Source: DHVE2 group archaeon
GTDB taxonomy: Archaea; Thermoplasmatota; Thermoplasmata; Thermoplasmatales; Aciduliprofundaceae
Length of the DNA: 60,275 nucleotides
NCBI GenBank assembly: GCA_015521465.1
Contig: WAOD01000062.1
Location: 1 to 60,275, forward strand
Reading direction: 5' to 3'
Position numbers and translations under genes: made by a program
The notes under the pieces: model-generated
What the model saw: the letters and a program-made list of their open reading frames with translations, nothing else
What the model was told of the DNA's origin: nothing
Databases searched by the model: none
Part shown: in pieces, positions 36,648 to 49,356 of the stretch
How positions within the stretch are numbered: position 1 is the first letter of the stretch
Layout of the letters: every line of letters starts with the position of its first letter

Positions 36648-37160
36648 CTAAATGAAATCTTTCTCTTCACTCAGCACTTCCTCCCATGATTTACAACCTG
36701 AGTACGCTTCTAAGGGTTCTTTGTTCATAACGAAGAAATTTGGACCCCACTTGAATATGCTCATTATCTTTTTTGCCTGCTCCTTGTATCCTATTATGTA
36801 AAGCGTTGCAGCCAGGGCCTCCGCGCTGCTCAACTGCCCGGGATGTCCGTAATTCACGGGGTTAACTGGAACCAGGAACGGCAGGCGGCGAAAATTTCCA
36901 CGAAGGCTCCAAAATACCTCACGTGCGTGCTGCCAGGAGCAGTCCACCACGGTTATGCCTCTTCTTTCAGCTGTTCTCCTATCAGCGGGGGAAACAACTC
37001 TTCTGGTGAACGGGGATAGAATTATGCTCCCTGCGGGTATTTTGTATTTGTTTGAGGTAAGGTGTGCGAACCCGAACCTTGCCAGTTTCTTTGCCGTGCA
37101 TTTTTTGGGGTCATCCTGGTTAAGATGCAACACATGCAACCGGATTTCATCTTGGTCCAA
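36648..37160 (-). CDS. tsr3: Tsr3-type rRNA aminocarboxypropyltransferase (DUF367)
   Basis: 'LHVLHLNQDDPKKCTAKKLARFG', 'VVDCSW', 'NPVNYGHPGQLSSAEALAATLYI'. Confidence 0.8.
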   Translation of the reverse strand: MDQDEIRLHVLHLNQDDPKKCTAKKLARFGFAHLTSNKYKIPAGSIILSPFTRRVVSPADRRTAERRGITVVDCSWQHAREVFWSLRGNFRRLPFLVPVNPVNYGHPGQLSSAEALAATLYIIGYKEQAKKIMSIFKWGPNFFVMNKEPLEAYSGCKSWEEVLSEEKDFI

Positions 37161-37782
37161 ATATACCCCTCCCTATTCTCACTATATTTGCCCCCTCTTC
37201 CACGGCAATCTTCCAGGAGTCTGTCATTCCCATGGATAGATATTTAATGTTGTGTTTATCTTTTAAAGATTCAAAAATTTCGCGGGTGATTCTGAAATAC
37301 TTCCTTATTTCTTCCCCTTCCACTGCGGGTCCCATTGTCATTATACCTATTAACTCAAGATTATCCAGAGCATCTATTTCTTCGGCAAGCTTTTCTGCAT
37401 CTTCCGGAAAGATACCCGTTTTGTTCTCTTCTCTTCCAGAATTTATTTCTATCATAACCGGCATTTTTTTCTCCAATATACCGCATTTTCTGCTTAATTC
37501 CGTGGCTATTTTAATGGAATCTACGGATTCAATCACGTCAAAAATCTCGCATGCTTTTTTTACCTTATTCCTTTGTAAATGGCCTATGAGATGCCATTCT
37601 ACCTTCTCAGTTATATAATCTTTCTTTTTAGCCGCCTCCTGCACGTAATTCTCGCCAATTAGTCTGACTCCCGCGTTAATTGCCCTTTTGATTTCATCAA
37701 CGCTTCTTTTTTTGGTTGCAGCTAACAGGGCAACGTGAGGTGGCAGTTCTTTTAGCAATATTTTGATGTTTTCTTCAATCAT
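37147..37782 (-). CDS. yggS: YggS-family PLP-binding protein
   Basis: 'LLAATKKRS' (PLP Lys). 'IGENYVQE', 'WHLIGHLQRNKVK', 'LSMGMTDS', 'VRIGRGIFG'. I chose the ATG at 37782; the TTG ORF starts at 37800. Confidence 0.8.
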   Translation of the reverse strand: MIEENIKILLKELPPHVALLAATKKRSVDEIKRAINAGVRLIGENYVQEAAKKKDYITEKVEWHLIGHLQRNKVKKACEIFDVIESVDSIKIATELSRKCGILEKKMPVMIEINSGREENKTGIFPEDAEKLAEEIDALDNLELIGIMTMGPAVEGEEIRKYFRITREIFESLKDKHNIKYLSMGMTDSWKIAVEEGANIVRIGRGIFGPR

Positions 37783-38143
37783 TGCCTTGTGAATCTGCAA
37801 ACTCCATTATCTTTTTTGCGGTTTCATCGCTTATCAGGTGTTCTATAACGCATGCATCTTTGTTTGCGATTTCTTCACTCACTCCCAGACTAATGAACAG
37901 CTTTTTAATCGCATTATGCTTTTTTTCCAGCTCTTTTGCCAGACGCAATCCCTTGTCTGTAAGGTCCACATTTCTGTATTTTTCGTATTTGACGTATCCC
38001 TCCTTTGATAGTTTCTGTAGCATTTCTGTTATACTGGAAGGTTTCACGTTCATGTATCTTGCCAGGTCAATTGCTCTTATGTACCCCTTCTTTTTTTTGA
38101 GCTCGTACATCCTCTCAATGTATGTTTCTCGTATTTCTTTCAC
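37775..38143 (-). CDS. DtxR/MntR-family metal-dependent transcriptional regulator (short form)
   Basis: 'TYIERMYELKKKKGYIRAIDLARYMNVKPSSITEMLQKLSKEGYV', then 'LTDKGLRLAKELEKKH'. Confidence 0.75.
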   Translation of the reverse strand: MKEIRETYIERMYELKKKKGYIRAIDLARYMNVKPSSITEMLQKLSKEGYVKYEKYRNVDLTDKGLRLAKELEKKHNAIKKLFISLGVSEEIANKDACVIEHLISDETAKKIMEFADSQGND

Positions 38144-38161
38144 AGTACCTAAATTATTTAG

Positions 38162-41301
<3,140 letters not shown>

Positions 41302-41396
41302 CTGCTTACATATGCTTTTGCATGTATAAAAATGTTCTGCAAATACTGTGGAGACGATATGGAAAGTATTATTAACTTCTAAAACTTTAATACAGT

Positions 41397-42041
41397 GTGA
41401 GCCTGAAATCCGAGGCATTAAGAAAAACGCTTCATCTTGGTGGTTTGCTCATTCCTGGGTCATATTTCTATTTTGGAAAGGAAATCACACTCTTGCTCAC
41501 AGCCATCTTTTTAGTGGCATTTTTTATGATTGAACCTTACAGGATTTCTCGGGATACCACGCAGAAAATTATAGAGGGAATCAGACCTCTCTTCAACGAA
41601 GAAGTTTTCAAGGTTATTAGCAAAGGGTTTGAGATGGTAGATAGCAAAATCAGGGAGATTACCCGGGCCGAAGAGGAAAATTGCATAGGTGCGCATATCT
41701 ATTTTACAGTTGCGGCCATGATTAACATAATGTTCTTCCCTAAAGAAATTGCAATGGCGACGATAATTGTGGCAACCATAAGCGATGCTCTTGCAGCCAT
41801 CGTTGGAAAGAGCCTCGGGAAGCACAGATTCAAAAATTCCAAGAGTCTGGAAGGGAGTCTGGCGTTTTTCTTTTCCGCCTTTGCTATATTCATATTCTTT
41901 GTGCCCTTGCCTTATGCAATTTTGGGCTCGGTGGTTGGCACCGTGGTGGAGTTTTTCAATGTGCCTCCAAATGACAATTTTTCTAATCAGCTTGCGATGT
42001 CATTTTTTATGTATCTTCCGATTATTCTGCTTGAAATGTAG
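41397..42041 (+). CDS. CTP-transferase-1 family membrane protein (dolichol/polyprenol kinase-like)
   Basis: 'LRKTLHLGG' N-terminus. 'GKSLGKHRFKNSKSLEGSLAFFFSAF'. Six hydrophobic helices. A TATTATTA box lies ~26 nt upstream of the GTG (leaderless layout). Confidence 0.55.
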   Translation: MSLKSEALRKTLHLGGLLIPGSYFYFGKEITLLLTAIFLVAFFMIEPYRISRDTTQKIIEGIRPLFNEEVFKVISKGFEMVDSKIREITRAEEENCIGAHIYFTVAAMINIMFFPKEIAMATIIVATISDALAAIVGKSLGKHRFKNSKSLEGSLAFFFSAFAIFIFFVPLPYAILGSVVGTVVEFFNVPPNDNFSNQLAMSFFMYLPIILLEM

Positions 42042-42105
42042 CTTTTTCTGAGGAATAATATCGAATTATGAAAAGTATTAAATCCTTGATTTCCATATTG
42101 TAAAT

Positions 42106-42813
42106 ATGCTCTTCCATTCTGTTCCTGGATTAGAAAAAATATTTGCAAAGGATGTAAACAAGCCAAAGGTCATCTTGATAGTGGGTCCCCCTGGCTCGAT
42201 GAAGACCACTTTTGCATACACGGTAATGACTCGTTATCTAACTCAGACAGGCGAGTTTGGGTTATATACCACCCTGGAAGAGCCCGTGGATTCACATCTT
42301 GCAAATATGGAAAGTCTTGGGATAAAATTGACCAGAAACATGCAGGTTTCTGATATTAGTGACTTGAGAGAAATGGACCTCATTTTAGGTGAGAAAGAGA
42401 AGGTGGATTATCTTTCGCTTATTGAAAAAATGATTGTGCATTTCAAGGAAGAGATGAAGGATAAGTTTTCTTTCTTCACCTTGGATTCTTTGGGTGCACT
42501 GTATTCCATAATGCCCAATACTGAAAATCTAAGGCAGCAGATGTTCTATTTCATGCGCACGCTTCATGGCTACAATTTGTATTCTTTTATAATCATGGAA
42601 GAGCAGCTTGGAGGTGGAGTCTCATACCTTGGCAACGAGGGATTCTTGGTAGATGGTATAATCCACCTCGGGGTGGACCGTTCTCGCGGCAGGCTTGTAA
42701 GGTATCTCCAGGTTGAAAAGATGCGCACTTCCGAACACAGCATGGAAAAATTTGCCTTCGAATTCCGGGATGGAAAGATAAACATTCTTGGTCCTATATT
42801 CGAGCAGGACTAA
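42106..42813 (+). CDS. KaiC/RecA-superfamily ATPase, single domain
   Basis: Walker A 'GPPGSMKT'. Walker B-like 'FFTLDSL'. 'FIIMEE'. C-terminal 'RYLQVEKMRTSEHS', typical of KaiC-like/Rad55-type archaeal ATPases. Confidence 0.7.
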   Translation: MLFHSVPGLEKIFAKDVNKPKVILIVGPPGSMKTTFAYTVMTRYLTQTGEFGLYTTLEEPVDSHLANMESLGIKLTRNMQVSDISDLREMDLILGEKEKVDYLSLIEKMIVHFKEEMKDKFSFFTLDSLGALYSIMPNTENLRQQMFYFMRTLHGYNLYSFIIMEEQLGGGVSYLGNEGFLVDGIIHLGVDRSRGRLVRYLQVEKMRTSEHSMEKFAFEFRDGKINILGPIFEQD

Positions 42814-43247
42814 ATGTCAAACAAAACCTTTGCGTATCCTTCTTTTAAATTTATTTCCAATTCGTGGTATGTCACCGCTTTTATTTCCATTTTTATGTTG
42901 TGTCTGCTCTTGTCTATTGGCTCACCAAGTGCCACTCCTGATAAAGTGTATTTCTCATCTATTTTGTGAATTATCACATTGAAATCACCCATTAGAACAA
43001 ACTCCACGCTGTAAACGTATAGCAATTCTGAAAGGTAATCTACTAAAAGGTCCTCTAAGGTTGGCGACTCTATGCTTACTCTGTACTTTCCAACAGTATA
43101 TACTTTTTCTATGTCCGTTATCAAATCAAACATCGCGTACGCTGCTTTTTCGAATAACTCCTCAACACGCTTTCCTCTTACCTTGATTCCTATATCCGCC
43201 GTGTGCTCCAGCACTTCGTAGGGCTTGGTGCTGTGCTTATCATCCAT
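42810..43247 (-). CDS. Archease
   Basis: 'YEVLEHTADIGIKVRG', 'IKAVTYHELEI'. I chose the internal ATG. Confidence 0.85.
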   Translation of the reverse strand: MDDKHSTKPYEVLEHTADIGIKVRGKRVEELFEKAAYAMFDLITDIEKVYTVGKYRVSIESPTLEDLLVDYLSELLYVYSVEFVLMGDFNVIIHKIDEKYTLSGVALGEPIDKSRHNIKMEIKAVTYHELEINLKEGYAKVLFDI

Positions 43248-43331
43248 AAATAGTAATTCACAGGTATGCTTTAAGCTTTTCCTTTCTTGTTTATTCCGCA
43301 AGTATTAATTTATTCAAATGCATGCTGGCTT

Positions 43332-44801
43332 ATGAATGTGCTGATAAGCGTTTCAGACAAGAGCAACATAGATCGCTTTGCAAGAGCATTGATTGACATG
43401 GGTCACAAGATTATTTCCACAGGGGGAACTTATAAATTTCTTTCAGAAAGAGGTATAAATGTTACAAAAGTGGAGGATATTACCCGCTTTCCGGAGATTC
43501 TAAATGGCCGTGTTAAAACCCTTCATCCTGCGATACATGGTGGGATTCTTGCAAAAAGCTATAATGATCTGGAAGGGAGCGAAATCAAGCCAATAGACAT
43601 GGTGGTGGTAAACCTATATCCTTTTGAAAGGTACGTAACTGCAAGTGAGGAGGAGCTCATAGAGAATATTGATATTGGGGGTGTGGCTCTCCTGCGGGCC
43701 GCCGCCAAAAATTACAATCGCGTCATAGTGGTATCTAGTGTGGAACAGTACGATGAAGTAATCACACTTCTAAAATCCGGAAAATTCAACATTGAGAAGC
43801 GCCGGGAATTCGCTTTAAGGGCATTTGCACTAACCGCGGCATATGATTCTGTGATATACAACACATTGCATTCTCGTTTCCGCGATGGTTTTCCGGAGTT
43901 CCTTTTATTAGCCAAGCCCATGAGGGATATGCTCAGGTACGGAGAAAATCCGCACCAGAAAGGTGCTTTTTACAGTAATACCAAATCATTCGTACAGCAT
44001 CACGGAAAAAAACTGTCTTTCAATAATTTATACGATATGGATTCTGCGTATTCAATAGTTTCAGAGTTTGAAGAGCCGGCTGTGGCAGTGATAAAACACG
44101 CAAACCCTTGTGGGGCTGCGGTTGGGAAGAGCCAGGCAGATGCTTTTGAAAGGGCGTGGGCCGGTGACCCCATGTCTGCTTACGGTAGCATTGTGTCTTT
44201 CAATAAAACTCTGAATCTGGAGACTGCAGAACTTCTTAAAAAAAAGTTTGTTGAAGTGGTGGTTGCTCCGGGTTTCTCAGAAGATGCTTTAGAACTGCTC
44301 AAAAAGAAGAAGAATTTAAGAGTAATTGAAATGAAAAATAGAAGGTCTGAAGCTTTTGAATTGAGGCAGCTTGGTTTTGGATTTTTAGTGCAGGAATGGA
44401 ACGATAAAAAGTTGAGCGATTACAGGGTTGTATCCCGGAGAGCGCCGATTGATAGCGAGATAAAGGACATGCTTTTTGCGTGGAAAATTGTCAAGCATGT
44501 CAAGAGCAATGCCATAGTGTTTGCAAAGGATGGTATGGTTGTGGGTGTGGGTGCCGGACAGATGAGCAGGGTTGACTCTGTCAGGATTGCGCGGTTCAAA
44601 GCTGGAGATAGAGCGGCAGGAGGGGTCATGGCCTCCGATGCGTTCTTCCCATTTAGAGATGGTATAGATGAGGCATTTGAAGCTGGAATAACTGCCATTA
44701 TTCAGCCTGGTGGCTCTATACGCGATGAAGATGTGATAAGTGCTGTTGACGAGCATGATATGGCAATGGTTTTCACAGGATACCGCGTGTTCAGGCACTG
44801 A
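43332..44801 (+). CDS. purH: Bifunctional AICAR formyltransferase / IMP cyclohydrolase
   Basis: 'LISVSDKSN', 'IISTGGT', 'GRVKTLHPAIHGGIL', 'IDIGGVALLRAAAKN', 'YGENPHQ', 'IKHANPCG', 'AIIQPGGSIRD'. Confidence 0.9.
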   Translation: MNVLISVSDKSNIDRFARALIDMGHKIISTGGTYKFLSERGINVTKVEDITRFPEILNGRVKTLHPAIHGGILAKSYNDLEGSEIKPIDMVVVNLYPFERYVTASEEELIENIDIGGVALLRAAAKNYNRVIVVSSVEQYDEVITLLKSGKFNIEKRREFALRAFALTAAYDSVIYNTLHSRFRDGFPEFLLLAKPMRDMLRYGENPHQKGAFYSNTKSFVQHHGKKLSFNNLYDMDSAYSIVSEFEEPAVAVIKHANPCGAAVGKSQADAFERAWAGDPMSAYGSIVSFNKTLNLETAELLKKKFVEVVVAPGFSEDALELLKKKKNLRVIEMKNRRSEAFELRQLGFGFLVQEWNDKKLSDYRVVSRRAPIDSEIKDMLFAWKIVKHVKSNAIVFAKDGMVVGVGAGQMSRVDSVRIARFKAGDRAAGGVMASDAFFPFRDGIDEAFEAGITAIIQPGGSIRDEDVISAVDEHDMAMVFTGYRVFRH

Positions 44802-44810
44802 GGTGATTGT

Positions 44811-45974
44811 ATGTATCTTACAAGAGAAGAGGAAAAGGTACTTGATGGAGAGTTAGGAACTGGTTACGAGAAGATGATGCGCATTCTTGTAAAGATGGGA
44901 GAGATATTTGGAGCGGAGCGTCTCATACCTGTGAAATCCGCACAGATATCTGGTGTGTCATACAGGACAATAGGTGATGCGGGGTTGCATTTTTTAAAAA
45001 GCTTGCACGGAGTTCGTGTGTCCGTTCCAGCTACTCTAAATCCTCTTGCATTTGATGACGATCATTTAAAAGAGCTACGTGTTGATGAGGAAATGTATCA
45101 AAAGCAGATGGAGATCATAACGGCATATACGGACATGGGAATAAAGCCCACGATGACCTGTACTCCCTATTATTACGATAATGTTCCAGATTTTGGAGAG
45201 CATATTGCATGGGCGGAAAGTTCTGCGGTTATATATGCTAATTCCATTATTGGTGCAAGAACAAATAGAGAAGGTTCTGTAAGTGCACTTGCATCTGCGG
45301 TCATTGGAAAAACGCCAGAGTACGGTTATCATCTCAAAGAAAATAGAAAAGCAACGCACATTATAGATGTTAATTTCGAGCCGGAAGGCGAGGATTATCC
45401 GCTTATTGGACTATTTGTGGGTTCTGCAGTGGATGGGGTGCCATACTTCCGAATAAGAGGTGATTACACAGACTTTAAGTTGATGGGTGCTGCCATGGCT
45501 GCCTCTGGGAGCGTGGCCATGTACCATGTGGAAAGCATCACGCCGGAGTATAAGGGTGCTTTGAATGATAATGTGGAACGGATAACTGTCGATAGGAATG
45601 ACATTGAGGGGTTCAAAGGAGCTCCGGTGGACGTTGAGTTGGTGGCCATAGGGTGCCCTCATGTTTCTCGTGATGAACTGAGAAAGATTGCCGAGTTTTT
45701 AGATGGTAAAAGGAAAAAAAGAGGCGTGGAGTTATGGATATTTGCTGCCAAAAGCGTCATGGATAGAAGCGATGAATATGTGAATGTTATACGCAAATTT
45801 GGGGGCAAGGTAATGAAAGATACTTGCGTGGTGGTAAGCAATGCCGGAAAGATATACAGTTATATAGGAACAAATTCTGGAAAGGCCGCTTTTTACCTGC
45901 GCAAAGAAAAGTTTGGAGGTGCTAAGGTTGTGGTTCGTGACATGTACACTTTATTAAGGAGCGTGATTGAATGA
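44811..45974 (+). CDS. Aconitase-X (DUF521) catalytic subunit; candidate phosphomevalonate dehydratase large subunit
   Basis: 'MYLTREEEKVLDGELG', 'TCTPY', 'WAESSAVIYANS', 'IGCPH'. Confidence 0.75.
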   Translation: MYLTREEEKVLDGELGTGYEKMMRILVKMGEIFGAERLIPVKSAQISGVSYRTIGDAGLHFLKSLHGVRVSVPATLNPLAFDDDHLKELRVDEEMYQKQMEIITAYTDMGIKPTMTCTPYYYDNVPDFGEHIAWAESSAVIYANSIIGARTNREGSVSALASAVIGKTPEYGYHLKENRKATHIIDVNFEPEGEDYPLIGLFVGSAVDGVPYFRIRGDYTDFKLMGAAMAASGSVAMYHVESITPEYKGALNDNVERITVDRNDIEGFKGAPVDVELVAIGCPHVSRDELRKIAEFLDGKRKKRGVELWIFAAKSVMDRSDEYVNVIRKFGGKVMKDTCVVVSNAGKIYSYIGTNSGKAAFYLRKEKFGGAKVVVRDMYTLLRSVIE

Positions 45975-46339
45975 TTGTGCGGGGTAAAGTGATATATCCA
46001 GGGGTAGCAAAGGGAAAAGCAGTTAAATGCGAAAAGCCAGTGGTTATCCTCGGGGACGTGGACGCAAAAAAAGGCACTGTGGAAGGATGCGGTAATGTGA
46101 AGAACAAAATTCTTGTTTTTCCCCGGGGTGCAGGAAGCACGGTTGCTTCATACACTATCTACGCGCTTAGATATTACAACACAGCTCCAGCTGGTATAAT
46201 AGTTGAAAATGCCGAGCCAATTGTGGTGGCAGGCTCAATAATAGCGGAGATACCAACGGTGGATGGCATAGACCTATCATTAATAAAGTCGGGTATGTTG
46301 GTGAAAATAGAGAATGACAGGGTGATAATTCCTGATTAA
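45971..46339 (+). CDS. Aconitase-X swivel subunit (DUF126); candidate phosphomevalonate dehydratase small subunit
   Basis: 122 aa. 'ILVFPRGAGSTVASYTIY', 'AGIIVENAEPIVVAGSIIAEIP'. ATGA overlap with the large subunit. Confidence 0.7.
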   Translation: MIVRGKVIYPGVAKGKAVKCEKPVVILGDVDAKKGTVEGCGNVKNKILVFPRGAGSTVASYTIYALRYYNTAPAGIIVENAEPIVVAGSIIAEIPTVDGIDLSLIKSGMLVKIENDRVIIPD

Positions 46340-49300
46340 AGCTTTCCATCAACCGTTTCCTTCAGTTTTTCTATTTCTTTGTCATCTTCCAATTCTTCAA
46401 CGTTAAACAGCATTATAGCGTTCGCTTTCTGTATTTCCTCTTTTATCTCCTTTATAAAGTCGTTTATAGTATCAAAACCGTTTATTGCCACCATGAAGTC
46501 AAATGCATCCCACATTACTATTTTTGCACCTTTTGCCAGGTTCTTTATTATTGCATCTTTCAGGCTTTCAAGGTCCTTTGGCTTGATATTCTTGCCCATC
46601 GGCACGTAAGATATCCATATTACCGAGGTGTTTTTCAGGTTGTACTCTTTTTTTACAGTGTCTGGATCTTCCTTTGTTATAAGCACTTTCTTTTCGTCTT
46701 TGTAGGAGGATGTGACTATGGAGGCAACCTTGGAGAAATCACCCCAGGCAAGGTAAATTTTGCCTTCCGAAATTCCCTCTTTCTTTTCCATCTCAACTCT
46801 TATCGGTGCACCACAATGTGGACAAAAATCGTCGTCTTCGCTCAGCTCTGTTCCGCAGAACGGGCACACATTTTTTCCATTCTCTTTTTTCGGTTTAAAT
46901 GCCGTGGAAAACAGGTACTCTTTTATTTTGTTGGCAAAGCTCATTGAGAAGCCAGGTATCTCAGCCAGGTCCGTTGGCGATGCTTGCATCAACTCGTAAA
47001 CGCTTCCGTACCCCATTTGGAACAGCGTTTCTGCTTTGTTCTCTGCAATTCCCGGGATGCTCATAAATGCCTTTATGACCCACTTTTTAAAAAGAGGATT
47101 TATTCCTATAATCACGTCAAAATCCATTATTGGCCACTCTATAACGTAAGCGTATTCCACGTATTCAAAATCCACATTTCTTGCTCGTGTTCTCTCTTTT
47201 ATTTCATCGGTGTATCCCTTTAAAATACGGAGTATGTAGTTGTCAGAGGATATGCTGACATCTATAACATCGTCGTAATCCATGTTTATATCTTTACGCA
47301 TGTAGTTTATGCGCCTTATAACCTCGTTTACCATCCTTATACGCATGGTGGTAATATCTCTTTCAGTGTTGAAGTATAAGTCTCCGTACTTGGATTCCCT
47401 TTTCACGTATCCTTTAGGAACTTTCTCTATAAATTTAACCATGTCCGGGGTGATGCGCACCACGAACCCTTCTATGCCCATGGTATAGCCGCCTACGTTC
47501 AGTGCGTTCATAACATCTTTTATATTTTTGCGTTTCAGCAAATACGCTATTTTTGGGGCCCATGAACGGTACATTCTGTTAATTGCTTCAACATCCGGTT
47601 CGATGATAACGTCCATTTCTTCCCATTTTTCAGTGGGATAAAACACGAGAACGTTTGTAAATCTCATAATTATCTCTGAGAACTCTTTTAACATCTCTGC
47701 TTTTTCCGATACAAATACCACCTTTTTTAAGGGCTCTCTACGGGGAATTCCCCTTTCCTTTCTGAATTTCATGATTTGTCTAATAATACTCCTGACAATT
47801 TCCATTCCCTTTACTTCCAAAACCTCTGTTGTTTCAATTTTTATTGTCTCAGCGTTCATTTTAGATAGGAATTCTTCGCTAAATTCCTGGTCAAATACCA
47901 AAAACATTCTAAGTGCGTCTAATATTGGCTCTTCTAAAATGGATTCTTTTCTTCTCATGCTTACGTAAAATCTGGAAATGTCTTTCACGGCAAAATTGTA
48001 AAGTAAGTGAAAAGCATCTTTGAAGTTCCCGTTATTTGCTCTGGAAATAAAACCCCTTTTTACCTGTTCTGTTCTGTATAGCATCCAGTTATCAATTATG
48101 TCTCTGGGTTCAGATTTTCCGTATATTTCTATGTACTTTTTGAGATTTTCCAGTACGTTTTTTAGTTTTCTAATTTTGGTGGCGTTGTCCCCAACTTTAC
48201 CCCTGTTCTTGAGCATGTAGAGTACTTGTTCAACATCCTCTTCTGGGTATTTGCTGCGAATTATATATGTGTAATCGGAAATCTTCTTGTTATTTGCTTT
48301 TAAGAACTCGTTAATGATTTTATATTTTTGCCTTTTCTCATGAAGGAATGCCACGCCTTCTCCGCTACCCATGCTGTAATAAGCGCCTACCGTAATGAAT
48401 GATGGGTTGTAAAAAAATGGTCTCTCCATAACATTTCCACAAATTGGACAGTTTTTGACCTGTTCATCTCCGTGCTCAAAGTGACCGCATGAGTTACAGT
48501 ACAGTATGGGCATCCGGTACGCTCCGCCGTCCGCTGAAATTTCAATGTTTATTTTTTCGTCTTTTAGGTGCAGCTTGGGTATATTCACCTCCTTTAATAC
48601 ATCACCGCACTTGGGGCACACCAATCTCTTTACTTTGAATGTGACAGAGTATATGACGGAATATGAAGAAATCCTCTTTTTAAGGTTGTATTCGTCCACA
48701 TCTCTTTTAGTGAGATACCCCGTGTGATAGTTTCCCACTGCAACGTATTTAACAATTTTGATATTTTTTGATATATCTCCAAACTTCCCGGTCATAATTT
48801 CCTGCTCGGGTACTTCTATTTTGTTTATCAGCACATCTTTCATGTCTGCTGGAGCAATCCAGATCTCATTGCCCATTTGCACGTATATTAAATCCTCATT
48901 GTCGCTTATGGCCAATCCTACTGGATCATACCCTTTCTTTATTTTATCTATGAAGTACAACCTGCGTCCAATTCGAACTCTCACGATGTTGTAGACCTCA
49001 TCTATTTCCTCCTCTTTAACTTCATCTTTGGAGTAATGGGTGTTGCACCTCCTGCAGTAATAACTTTTTCTGGTGACAATTCTCAATTTACCATCTTTGT
49101 ACAGCTCCCCTATCAAATTGTCAAGCTCACCTATATACTCTTCCGCTTTTATTATATTGAAATCTCCATCTATTTTTTTTATTACCTCGTAATCCTCGTC
49201 TCTAATCCCGTATGTAACCACGTTTACGTTTACGTCTTCCCCTAATATTCTTTTGAATCTTTTATAGGTGGAGTAATGAACAAACTCATCAATTTCTTCT

Positions 49301-49356
49301 TTTGTCACTTTGTTTTCAATGGGATACGTGAATATTTGCCCACTCATACTAATCAT
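46336..49356 (-). CDS. Class-Ia aaRS-like (IleRS-like) paralog without HIGH/KMSKS, fused to HhH, a double zinc ribbon and a DUF835/KaiC-like C-terminal domain
   Basis: Anticodon-binding-domain signature 'DNWMLYRTEQV....FKDAFHLLYNFAVKDISRFYVSMRR'. IleRS-type C-terminal segments 'IVRSIIRQIMKFRKERGIPRREPL' and 'MVNEVIRRINYMRKDINMDYDDVI'. Several CxxC ribbons. 'IPGIAENKAETLF...LAEIPGFSMSFANKI'. 'CPFCGTELSEDDDFCPHCG'. Confidence 0.6.
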   Translation of the reverse strand: MISMSGQIFTYPIENKVTKEEIDEFVHYSTYKRFKRILGEDVNVNVVTYGIRDEDYEVIKKIDGDFNIIKAEEYIGELDNLIGELYKDGKLRIVTRKSYYCRRCNTHYSKDEVKEEEIDEVYNIVRVRIGRRLYFIDKIKKGYDPVGLAISDNEDLIYVQMGNEIWIAPADMKDVLINKIEVPEQEIMTGKFGDISKNIKIVKYVAVGNYHTGYLTKRDVDEYNLKKRISSYSVIYSVTFKVKRLVCPKCGDVLKEVNIPKLHLKDEKINIEISADGGAYRMPILYCNSCGHFEHGDEQVKNCPICGNVMERPFFYNPSFITVGAYYSMGSGEGVAFLHEKRQKYKIINEFLKANNKKISDYTYIIRSKYPEEDVEQVLYMLKNRGKVGDNATKIRKLKNVLENLKKYIEIYGKSEPRDIIDNWMLYRTEQVKRGFISRANNGNFKDAFHLLYNFAVKDISRFYVSMRRKESILEEPILDALRMFLVFDQEFSEEFLSKMNAETIKIETTEVLEVKGMEIVRSIIRQIMKFRKERGIPRREPLKKVVFVSEKAEMLKEFSEIIMRFTNVLVFYPTEKWEEMDVIIEPDVEAINRMYRSWAPKIAYLLKRKNIKDVMNALNVGGYTMGIEGFVVRITPDMVKFIEKVPKGYVKRESKYGDLYFNTERDITTMRIRMVNEVIRRINYMRKDINMDYDDVIDVSISSDNYILRILKGYTDEIKERTRARNVDFEYVEYAYVIEWPIMDFDVIIGINPLFKKWVIKAFMSIPGIAENKAETLFQMGYGSVYELMQASPTDLAEIPGFSMSFANKIKEYLFSTAFKPKKENGKNVCPFCGTELSEDDDFCPHCGAPIRVEMEKKEGISEGKIYLAWGDFSKVASIVTSSYKDEKKVLITKEDPDTVKKEYNLKNTSVIWISYVPMGKNIKPKDLESLKDAIIKNLAKGAKIVMWDAFDFMVAINGFDTINDFIKEIKEEIQKANAIMLFNVEELEDDKEIEKLKETVDGKL

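Noticed and set aside
35934-36689. 251-aa plus-strand ORF (also 33558-34175, 205 aa) opposite the histidine kinase gene
   Set aside because: The translations are low-complexity Ser/Phe/Leu/Ile strings typical of antisense frames of AT-rich genes. The kinase on the other strand has all H/N/G boxes.
41397-41418. 22-nt head-to-head overlap of two divergent genes implied by the ORF track (ATG 41418 on the minus strand versus GTG 41397 on the plus strand)
   Set aside because: Divergent overlapping starts leave no promoter space. A GTG at 41301 has a TTTTTATA box ~26 nt upstream, and a signal anchor follows it immediately. This gives a sensible leaderless layout for the minus-strand gene.
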